Below, piece by piece: positions 56,489 through 64,000 of a stretch of 64,000 nucleotides of DNA. Every line of letters begins with the position of its first letter. The first letter of the stretch is position 1. Location: assembly GCA_050734425.1 (NCBI GenBank), contig JBOHUL010000021.1, forward strand, positions 140 through 64,139, read 5' to 3'. Origin of the DNA: Candidatus Dormibacteria bacterium (lineage in GTDB: Bacteria; Chloroflexota; Dormibacteria; Aeolococcales; Bog-877). The notes under the pieces were generated by a model. The model did no database searches and had not been told where the DNA came from. It was given only the letters and a program-made list of their open reading frames with translations. Both the position numbers and the translations under genes were made by a program.

Positions 56489-57427
56489 GTGAGCGGGCTG
56501 CGAGCCCGCCGGCTCGGACCTGGGGGCATGGGCCTTTCGGCAGGGCTGGCGGCGGTGGCGATCCTGATCGGCCTGGGGACTGCACCCTCCGAGGCCTCGG
56601 GAGGAGACGCCCAGCCGCTCCGGGTGGCCGCCGCCGAGGGGGTCTGGGGCAGTCTCGCCCAGCAGCTGGGCGGCGACGAGGTGCAGGTCAGCAGCGTCGT
56701 CACGGACCCCAATGCCGACCCCCACGAGTACGAGAGCACCTCAGCCGACGCCCGCGCCTTTGCCGACGCCCGTCTGGTCATCCTCAATGGGGCGGGATAC
56801 GACACGTGGGCCAGCCGCCTGCTCTCGGCGGGCTCCGGCCCACACCGCCTGGTCCTCAACGTGGCGGAGATGATGCACCGCGGCCAGGGGGCCAACCCCC
56901 ACTTCTGGTACAACCCCACCGCCGTCTTCCGGGTAATGGGCCGGATCACCCAGGACCTGAAGCGGCTGAGGCCTAGGGCGACGGCCTACTTCTCTCTCCG
57001 CCTGCGCACCCTGGAGAAGGCGTTCGGTCCCTACCGAGCCAGGCTCCAGGAGATCCGGCGGGAGTTCGCCGGGGCCCGCGTCGCGGCCACGGAGAGCATC
57101 TTTCAGTACCTGGCCCGCTACCTGCACCTCAAGCTAATAACCCCACCCTCCTTCATGAGGGCGGTTTCGGACGGGATCGACCCGGCCGCGGGAGCGCTGG
57201 TCACCTTTGAGCAGCAGCTCCAGGAGGGCCGCTTCTCGGTCCTGGTCTACAACCGCCAGACGGTGTCTCCGTTGATCACGCAGCTGGTGCAGCAGACACG
57301 GGCCCGGCGGATCCCGGTGGTGGCGGTCTCGGAGACGATCGACCCCGAGGGACTCACCTTCCAGGCCTGGATGACCAAGGAACTGACCCAGCTGCAGCGG
57401 GCGCTGAAAGGAGGGGCACGGGCGTGA
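56489..57427 (+). CDS. znuA: Zinc/manganese ABC transporter substrate-binding protein (ZnuA/TroA family)
   Basis: Signal-like LSAGLAAVAILIGLG, then DPNADPHEYESTSADA, NGAGYDTW and NPHFWYNP. Possible starts are GTG 56489, TTG 56474 or ATG 56528. Confidence 0.85.
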   Translation: MSGLRARRLGPGGMGLSAGLAAVAILIGLGTAPSEASGGDAQPLRVAAAEGVWGSLAQQLGGDEVQVSSVVTDPNADPHEYESTSADARAFADARLVILNGAGYDTWASRLLSAGSGPHRLVLNVAEMMHRGQGANPHFWYNPTAVFRVMGRITQDLKRLRPRATAYFSLRLRTLEKAFGPYRARLQEIRREFAGARVAATESIFQYLARYLHLKLITPPSFMRAVSDGIDPAAGALVTFEQQLQEGRFSVLVYNRQTVSPLITQLVQQTRARRIPVVAVSETIDPEGLTFQAWMTKELTQLQRALKGGARA

Positions 57428-58305
57428 ACCGCCGCCCGGGTGCCTCAGACCAGGCCCAGGGATCGGGTGGCGTCCAGCCGGCGGTGGAGGCGCGCAACCT
57501 CGCCGCGGCCTACCAGGACCGCCTGATCTGGAGTGATGCGAGCTTTACCGTCGCCGCGGGAGAGTTCGTCGCCGTGCTCGGACCCAACGGCGCCGGCAAG
57601 TCAACGCTGCTCAAGGTCCTCCTGGGCCTGCTCCCGCCCCGGTTGGGCTCGGTCCGGGTCCTGGGGTTACCCCCCGCCCGGGGCAACCCTCAGATCGGCT
57701 ATGTGCCCCAGGCCCGCAGCCTCGATCCCCAGGTGGCGCTGCGCGGGCTGGACCTTGTCGAGCTGGGGATGGACGGCCACCGCTGGGGGATGCGGCTCCC
57801 CGGCGCCGGGGCCCGAGCCCGCCGGGACCGCGCCCGGGCCGCAGTCGCCGCGGTCGGCGCCCTGGCGTATGCCGGACGCCGACTGGGTCAGTTGTCAGGA
57901 GGCGAGAGACAGCGGCTGCTGCTGGCCCAGGCCCTGGTCGGAGAGCCCCGACTGCTCCTCATGGACGAGCCGCTGGCCAATCTCGACGTCCGCAGCCAGG
58001 CGGGGATGGCGGAGCTGGTCGGTCGGCTGGCGCGGGAGCGGGGCCTGGCGGTCCTGATCGTGGCCCACGATCTCAACCCGCTGCGCCGGGTCATCGACCG
58101 GGTCTGCTACGTGGCCGGGGGCCGGCTGGCCATCGGAAACCCCGACGAGGTCATCTCTTCCCAGGTCCTCTCGCAGCTCTACGGTGCCCCGGTGGAGGTG
58201 CTGGTGGACAGCCGCGGCCGACGCTTCGTGGTCGGGATCGAGCAGGAACCCGCCCACCCCCACCCGCCGGAGATGGCCGAGGCCTCGTCATCGGGGTGGT
58301 ACTGA
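57424..58305 (+). CDS. znuC: Metal ABC transporter ATP-binding protein
   Basis: Walker A GPNGAGKST, signature LSGGERQR and Walker B LLLMDEP. It overlaps the znuA stop. Confidence 0.9.
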   Translation: MNRRPGASDQAQGSGGVQPAVEARNLAAAYQDRLIWSDASFTVAAGEFVAVLGPNGAGKSTLLKVLLGLLPPRLGSVRVLGLPPARGNPQIGYVPQARSLDPQVALRGLDLVELGMDGHRWGMRLPGAGARARRDRARAAVAAVGALAYAGRRLGQLSGGERQRLLLAQALVGEPRLLLMDEPLANLDVRSQAGMAELVGRLARERGLAVLIVAHDLNPLRRVIDRVCYVAGGRLAIGNPDEVISSQVLSQLYGAPVEVLVDSRGRRFVVGIEQEPAHPHPPEMAEASSSGWY

Positions 58306-58309
58306 GCCC

Positions 58310-59227
58310 GTGAGCGGTCCCCTCGGTCCGCCAACGATCCTGGCCCAGCCCGGGCCTGACTTGGCTCAGTGGAACCCGGTCCAGGACCTGGGTCAGATGC
58401 TCTCCTACGCCTTCATGCGCCATGCCTTCGAGGCGGGCCTGGTGGTGGCCGTGGTGGCGGGACTGGTGGGCTACTTCGTCATCCTCCGCCGCAGCGCATT
58501 CGCCGCCCACGCCCTCTCCCACGTCGGTTTCGCCGGAGCCGCCGGAGCGGCGCTGCTCTCGGTCAGCCCGGTCGTCGGCCTGCTCGTCTTCTGCCTCGGC
58601 GGGGCTGCCGTGATGGGTGGCCTGGGACAGCGCCTGCGGGAGCGGGACACCGTCATCGGCATCGTCCTCGCGTTCATGCTCGGGCTGGGCGTCCTGTTCA
58701 TCTCCCTCTACAGCGGCTACGCCAGCGAGGCCTACTCCATCCTGTTCGGCGAGGTCTTGGGCATCAGCGAGGGTGGCGTGCTGCTCACCGCCGCCATCGG
58801 CGGGCTCACCCTCTTGCTGCTTTGCGTGATGTATCGCCCCCTGCTCTTCTCCTCGGTGGACGAGGAGGTTGCCCAGGCCCGGGGCGTACCCACCAGGCTC
58901 TTGGGGGTGGGCTTCATGGCCTGTCTGGCGCTGGCGGTGGCGGTGGCGGTGCAGGTGGTCGGGGTGCTGCTGATCTTCTCCTTGCTGGTCACCCCGGCGG
59001 CCATCGCGGACCGGCTGACCAGCCGCCCCTACTCGGCGATGGCCGTCTCGGTTGGGATCGCCGTGGCCTGCACCGTGGTAGGGCTGGCGATCGGCTTCTA
59101 CGTGACGGTGCCAGTTAGCTTCCTCATCACCAGCCTCGCCTTCGCCAGCTACCTGGCGGTCAGGATCGCGCCCCGACTCCGCCCCAGGCGGCGGCCCACT
59201 ACGGCCGGGAGTACCGTGACGGCGTGA
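58310..59227 (+). CDS. znuB: Metal ABC transporter permease
   Basis: FMRHAFEAGLVVAVVAGLVGYFVILRR...ALSHVGFAGAA is a typical ABC-3 family permease pattern. GTG 58310. Confidence 0.9.
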   Translation: MSGPLGPPTILAQPGPDLAQWNPVQDLGQMLSYAFMRHAFEAGLVVAVVAGLVGYFVILRRSAFAAHALSHVGFAGAAGAALLSVSPVVGLLVFCLGGAAVMGGLGQRLRERDTVIGIVLAFMLGLGVLFISLYSGYASEAYSILFGEVLGISEGGVLLTAAIGGLTLLLLCVMYRPLLFSSVDEEVAQARGVPTRLLGVGFMACLALAVAVAVQVVGVLLIFSLLVTPAAIADRLTSRPYSAMAVSVGIAVACTVVGLAIGFYVTVPVSFLITSLAFASYLAVRIAPRLRPRRRPTTAGSTVTA

Positions 59228-59703
59228 CCGCCTGGACGGGACCGCAGCCGCCGCCGGCGCCCGCCGCCACGGAGCCCGAGCTGCACTCGGGGGTAGCACG
59301 GCGGCTCACATCCATCCGCCAGCGATACACCAGGGGACGGCGCCTCCTGGTCGATGCGCTTTCACGGGCGGGCCGGCCCCTGACCGTCACCGAGATCGTC
59401 GACGAGCGGCGCGAGCTACCGCCCAGCACCGCCTACCGCAACCTGGCGGTCCTAGAGCAGGCGGCCGTGGTTCGTCGGGTCCAGCTCTCGGGTGAGTTCG
59501 CCCGCTACGAGCTGAGCGAGGAGTTGACCAGCCACCATCACCATCTGGTCTGCGTCGACTGCGGCTCGGTGGTGGATGTGACCGCGCCGGCCCGCCTCGA
59601 GGAGGATGTCGCCTCAACCGCCCGCGAGCTGGCCCGAGCGGCGGGGTTCCGGCTTGAGAGCCACCGACTCGACCTGATCGGCCGCTGCCGGGAGTGCTCC
59701 TGA
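59224..59703 (+). CDS. zur: Fur-family transcriptional regulator (probable Zur)
   Basis: A winged-helix region (LTVTEIVDE...STAYRNLAVLEQAAVV), then HHHHLVCVDCG...CRECS metal sites. It is the last gene of the znu operon. Confidence 0.85.
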   Translation: MTAWTGPQPPPAPAATEPELHSGVARRLTSIRQRYTRGRRLLVDALSRAGRPLTVTEIVDERRELPPSTAYRNLAVLEQAAVVRRVQLSGEFARYELSEELTSHHHHLVCVDCGSVVDVTAPARLEEDVASTARELARAAGFRLESHRLDLIGRCRECS

Positions 59704-59945
59704 GCCGACACTCTCCAGGCGCACTCCCCGGTCCGACCTCCGGCCCCAACTGCGGAAACGGAGGTGTGAATCCGAGGTGCCGGCTCAGCGATCAGCCGCG
59801 CTTGTGGTCAAGGCTGTCGCGATCCCCGTGCAGGGCCCACTGGGCGCAGTCGTGGGCAAGTGGCGCAGGCGCGTGCTGGAGGCACGCGCCACGGCTGCTT
59901 GTAGCGGCCTGTCAGCAGTAAACAGTGGGCCAGTCGCTGGCCGGT

Positions 59946-60905
59946 TCAGCGGCAGCCGAGATCGCCGTCGCTGGGGTCGGCCGTGGACAGCAGGCTCGCG
60001 TTTGGCTCGAGGCTCGCAGGCATCGGGCGCGCCGACGACGGCTGACCCGCGGCTCCGGGCTTGCGCGTCGCCAGGACGGAGCCCGCCAGGACCAGGGCGA
60101 ATCCGACCCCGATGCCGATGGTGAACGGCTCATGCAGCAGCGCCACCCCAAGGGCAACCGCCACCGCCGGGTTGATGTAGGTGATCACGGTCGCCCGCAC
60201 CGGGCCCACCTCGGCGATGAGGCCAAAGAAGATGAGGAAGGCGAGGGCGGTGCAGATCACCCCGAGCGCGATCACCGAGCCCAGCACCGCGGCCGTCGGC
60301 ACCGCGGCCGGGCGTTGGATGATGGCGATGGGAAGGTAGAGCAGGGCACAGAGGGTGAGGGACCCGCTCACCACCCCCAGGCTGGGCAGCTCCGCCAGCC
60401 GGTGGCTGAGAATCTGGGGACCGAGGGCGTAGCAGGCGACCACAATCGCCATCTCCACCATCGAGATCAGGGTGATGTGGCGCAGGTCGAACCCAAGCAC
60501 CGCCGCCACCCCCATCAGGCCCAGCAGCAGCCCGGCCCAGCGCGTCCGGGTGAGCCCCTCCGAGCTGCCCCAGAGCCGGAGCCAGAAGATCCCCGCCAGC
60601 GGCACCGCCGCCACCAGGAGCCCGGAGAGGGAGCTGGAAATGTGGGTCTCCGCATCCGAGAGCAGGAGCCAAGGGAGCGCGATCTCGACCAGCGAGTAAA
60701 GGATGAACGGGCGCCACCTGGCCAGCAGCGGTCGCAACTCGCCCCGGCGCAGCGCCAGTGGCAACAGCAGCACGGCGCCGATGGCGGTCCGGCCGAATAC
60801 CAGCTCCGGTGGGCTGATGTGGCTTACCGCCACCTTGATCAAGAGGTACGGGATGCCCCAGATGACACACATGGCGGTAAAGAGGGCCAGTCCCTTGCGA
60901 CTCAA
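59946..60905 (-). CDS. EamA/DMT-family transporter
   Basis: LALFTAMCVIWGIPYLLIKVAV... 319 aa with a ten-TM-type profile. Confidence 0.8.
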   Translation of the reverse strand: MSRKGLALFTAMCVIWGIPYLLIKVAVSHISPPELVFGRTAIGAVLLLPLALRRGELRPLLARWRPFILYSLVEIALPWLLLSDAETHISSSLSGLLVAAVPLAGIFWLRLWGSSEGLTRTRWAGLLLGLMGVAAVLGFDLRHITLISMVEMAIVVACYALGPQILSHRLAELPSLGVVSGSLTLCALLYLPIAIIQRPAAVPTAAVLGSVIALGVICTALAFLIFFGLIAEVGPVRATVITYINPAVAVALGVALLHEPFTIGIGVGFALVLAGSVLATRKPGAAGQPSSARPMPASLEPNASLLSTADPSDGDLGCR

Positions 60906-61007
60906 AGTGGCGTCTCCAGCTGTTCGGCTCCGTGGACGGCCCGGCCGCCGCCCTCCCTGAGGCTAACTCGGCGCCCTCAGGGCGGCCATCCGATACCGGC
61001 GACGGGG

Positions 61008-62576
61008 CTAGGCGGAGTCATGCGCTCTGGCCACCCCCTGCCCCGCGCCAGCCCGGGCGGCCGTGCGCCGCTCCGACTCCTGCGCCGTCGCCACGTCCGA
61101 GGGATAGTGCCGGCGGCCGAAGAGGAGCAACAGCCCCGCGGCCAAGACCGGTAGCAGCATGATCACGAAGGTGGGTCCCAGCCCTGCCGCGGAAGTGCCG
61201 CGGGACTGGGACACGCCGCTGACCGCACGCCCCCCGAGCGCGTCGGCGACCACACCGAAGATGAATGGGGCGGCCGCCTCCAGCAGCGTGCGCAGGAAGG
61301 TGCGGACGCTCTCGGCCCGACCCCAGAGCCGGAAGTGCATCACGTCCAGGCGGGCGGCGTCCGCCGGCGGGTTGACCCCACCGAGGGCGGCGGCGCCCAG
61401 GAAGTAAAGCGGAGCAGACGCCAGCAGCACCGGCAGCAGCACCGCAGGGGCGAAGAGGCCGGCCGCCAGCAGGTAGCAGACCGCCGCCACCAAAAGCCTG
61501 GCGCTGGGGTGGCGGCGACCCACCAGCCAGTCTGCCACCCGGCCGCTGGACAAGACCCCAAGGAGCGCGCCGATGCCCAACGCAGCCAGCACCAGGGTGG
61601 CGACCCCTTCAGAGAGGTGGTAGGTGCCGCGAAAATAGATGACGGCGAAGGAGCGCACGCCGGCCAGGAAGAAGTAGCCGATGGCGGACGCGACTATGAG
61701 GTAGAGGTTGGTGCGCACCGCCAGCACGTAGCGCGCGGCCTTGCGGTAGGGCATGTGGGCTGGGTCCCGCTGCAGCACCAGCTCGGGGTTGGGGCGAGCC
61801 CCGGCCGACCGCACCGCCTTGGCGATGGCGGTGTCGGTGGTCGGCGCTGGCTTGGGAACCCGTCGCCAACGGCGTCGGCGCGACTTGACCTCGGCCGCCG
61901 AGAGGATGTGGTCCGCGCCCGGCTCGAGTCGGCTCAGACCGCCGCGGGCCGGCTCAGGCAGGTAGCGATTGACGGCGAAGGCCAGAGCCAGGCTTGGCAG
62001 CACCAGCACGGCGAAGGCCCAGCGCCAGCCGACGAGGGCACCGATGTTCCCCGCCGCCAGGAGCCCGAACCCCTGGCCTACGAGGTCTCCGGCGAGGATG
62101 TAGCCGTAGATCCGGGCCCGCTCTCGGGGGATGAAGTAGTCCCCCACCAGCGAGACCAGAGTCGGTCCCGAGGTGGCACTGACCGCCCCCAGACCCACGC
62201 GCGACAGCAGGAGCCAGACGTAGGACTGGGACAGCGACGCGGCCACCATGGCGCAGGCCCAGAGCAGGATGCTGATCCAGAGCAGGCGAACCCGAACCAC
62301 CCGGTCGCTGAGCAACCCGACCGGAATGGCGGCGAAGGCACCGGTCAGCTGCGACGCGGTGACCAGCAGGCCGATCGGAGCGTAGGAGATGGAGAAGGCG
62401 TGCTCCAGGAGGGGAGCGACGGCCCCGACGGTACTGAGGTCGGCGCCACTCATGGCCAGAATCCCGGCCAGGATCAGGATCACCTGCAACCGGGCCGGGC
62501 CACCACTCAAGTCCAGGACGCGGTCTTTGAGTTGGGCTGCCCGCCGCTGCCATGCGATCATCCGGATGACGTCCAC
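61008..62576 (-). CDS. MFS transporter
   Basis: 522 aa with about 12-14 TM segments and an MFS signature-like GLLSDRVVRVR between TM2 and TM3. Confidence 0.85.
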   Translation of the reverse strand: MDVIRMIAWQRRAAQLKDRVLDLSGGPARLQVILILAGILAMSGADLSTVGAVAPLLEHAFSISYAPIGLLVTASQLTGAFAAIPVGLLSDRVVRVRLLWISILLWACAMVAASLSQSYVWLLLSRVGLGAVSATSGPTLVSLVGDYFIPRERARIYGYILAGDLVGQGFGLLAAGNIGALVGWRWAFAVLVLPSLALAFAVNRYLPEPARGGLSRLEPGADHILSAAEVKSRRRRWRRVPKPAPTTDTAIAKAVRSAGARPNPELVLQRDPAHMPYRKAARYVLAVRTNLYLIVASAIGYFFLAGVRSFAVIYFRGTYHLSEGVATLVLAALGIGALLGVLSSGRVADWLVGRRHPSARLLVAAVCYLLAAGLFAPAVLLPVLLASAPLYFLGAAALGGVNPPADAARLDVMHFRLWGRAESVRTFLRTLLEAAAPFIFGVVADALGGRAVSGVSQSRGTSAAGLGPTFVIMLLPVLAAGLLLLFGRRHYPSDVATAQESERRTAARAGAGQGVARAHDSA

Positions 62577-63423
62577 AGACGGTCACCGCTCTGGCAGAGA
62601 CGAGTCACGGCGGCTGATCAGACCACCTCCTTGGTTCCACAGCGGTCCGACCGGGGCCGCGTCCAGCGCGAGTCGGATCCGCGGTGAACTGGGCCGATTG
62701 TCCGGCGGCACCAGCGCCAGATGACTTCTGAATCTCGCAAACGCTCGGTTGCGGGCTGGCTCCACGCGTCGCGCATGACGGGAAGCAGCTGCCGGACACG
62801 GACGCCCATTCCGGCTCCCAGTCCCCAAGGTGATCCCTCCGAGTGGGTGGCCGAGGACGTAGGCGTGCCCCCCGGAGCGGGAGCTGGCTGGCTCGGCGCT
62901 TCTTTGTCAAGGAATCCGTCTCGAGCCAAGCTACGCGCGGCAGGCGGCTCCTGTCACCACCTGGTAATTGGGTGCGTGCGAGGGGTGTTCGCGCGGGTCC
63001 GATCAGAGCATCGCGTGGTCCAGGACAGCCCATCGAGGGCAACGCATGCGCAAACCCCTTTCTCCGACCGTCGCAAGTTTCTCCTGCTCACTCACCCTGC
63101 GACGCTCTGCACGGTCATCTGGCTGGCGTGCGGATTTATGCCATTCCTGTAACTGATGCCCTCCTCATCCGCGCAGTCGAGCGACAGATCGGGGCTGAGC
63201 CGCCTCCCGCGATAACCTCCAGCCCCTGGGAACTCAGTCGCTACTGGCCCCAAGATAGCGGCGCGGGACGTCTTCGGATCCACTCCCGACTTGACCTACC
63301 TTCGCGCAGGAGCGCTAGTAATTGCGGGGCTCTGGCGGCTGGATTCGCATCCGCTCAATCCCAGTCTGCGGCGCAACCTCAACGGCCTCTCCAGCTACCG
63401 TCTTCCGATAGCGGCCGAGCTCC

Positions 63424-64000
63424 TCAACCGCCGCACATCGCAAGGAACTCGCGGCGCAACTCCGAGTCCGAATCGTAGCTGCCGCGCCAGAAGGTGGTCC
63501 TGGTCTTGGACTCGGTTTCTCGGACCCCACGCATCTGGGTGCAGAGATGGATCGCCTCGAGGTAGACGGCGACTCCATGCGGTGCCATGACGCGCTCGAG
63601 CGCGTCCGCCAGTTGTTGTCCAATTCGTTCCTGCACCGAGAAGCGCCGGGCGAAGAGCCGCACAAGCCGGGTGAGCTTGGAGAGTCCCAGGATGTTCTCG
63701 TGAGCTATGTAGCCCACGTACACGTGGCCGAAGAACGGGAGTGAGTGATGTTCGCAGAGTGCGAAGAACGGGATCGGTCCCTCGACGATCTGGCTGACGC
63801 GGCAGTCCGGGCCGCCCCGACACTCGGTGGGAAACGCGGTGACGATCTTCTCGTCGCCCTCATACCCCTCAGTGGCATCGAAGATGGCGCGGAGAAAGCG
63901 GGTCGGCGACCTGCGAGTTCCGAGCGTATCGGCTGGCATACCGAAGGTGGTGAAGATCTCCCGCATGTAGCCTTCGAATCTCCGCCACTGCTCCGGAGTG
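63424..64000 (-). CDS. folE: GTP cyclohydrolase I (FolE), 5' end beyond the window
   Basis: PFFALCEHHSLPFFGHVYVGYI...SKLTRLVRLFARRFSVQERI...HLCTQMRGV. The frame stays open to nt 64000. Confidence 0.9.
   Translation of the reverse strand, partial: TPEQWRRFEGYMREIFTTFGMPADTLGTRRSPTRFLRAIFDATEGYEGDEKIVTAFPTECRGGPDCRVSQIVEGPIPFFALCEHHSLPFFGHVYVGYIAHENILGLSKLTRLVRLFARRFSVQERIGQQLADALERVMAPHGVAVYLEAIHLCTQMRGVRETESKTRTTFWRGSYDSDSELRREFLAMCGG

Overview
High-GC (about 68-70% by eye) chromosomal segment, densely coded on both strands. The domain content suggests Actinomycetota or a closely related Terrabacteria lineage: Lsr2-type DNA-binding module, PPOX/F420-type oxidoreductase, HelY-like helicase, PIG-L deacetylase, DUF4081-GNAT, Rv1284-like beta-carbonic anhydrase, and argC-J-B-D-R-G-H gene order. 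Most of the window is core metabolism and information processing. It holds tRNA-Ser(UGA), serS, lysS, greA, coaX, a dus gene, the arginine biosynthesis operon, lgt, a Ski2/HelY-type helicase, aconitase, a cytochrome c oxidase cluster (subunit II, subunit I, heme A synthase and small subunits), a znuA-znuC-znuB-zur operon and partial folE. Around these sit transporters (three EamA/DMT, one PiT, one MFS), regulators (ArgR, Lrp/AsnC, AraC, Zur, DksA/TraR), a VapBC toxin-antitoxin pair, an orphan ParA with a small partner ORF, an S53 sedolisin peptidase, and DNA-repair genes (UDG-superfamily, AlkA-like). I found no CRISPR array, rRNA, intact mobile element or recognisable multi-gene defence island. 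The observations most worth a second look are: (1) a beta-carbonic anhydrase interrupted by an in-frame TAA upstream of its first zinc ligand; (2) a hemerythrin-domain gene with at least one 1-nt frameshift; (3) a single-gene fusion of an ERCC4-type nuclease core to an Lsr2-like DNA-binding tail, whose 3' end carries a 19-bp tandem duplication; (4) several genes whose conserved N-termini lie upstream of any ATG/GTG/TTG, leaving CTG as the only near-cognate start; (5) a conserved but uncharacterised AAA+ ATPase; (6) a canonical intrinsic terminator with no gene in front of it, a candidate sRNA; (7) an integral membrane protein with three internal FHFNLL-type repeats that is stop/start-coupled to the alkA-like gene. 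All calls come from reading the translations and DNA by eye. No database search was run, so family names are recognition-based.
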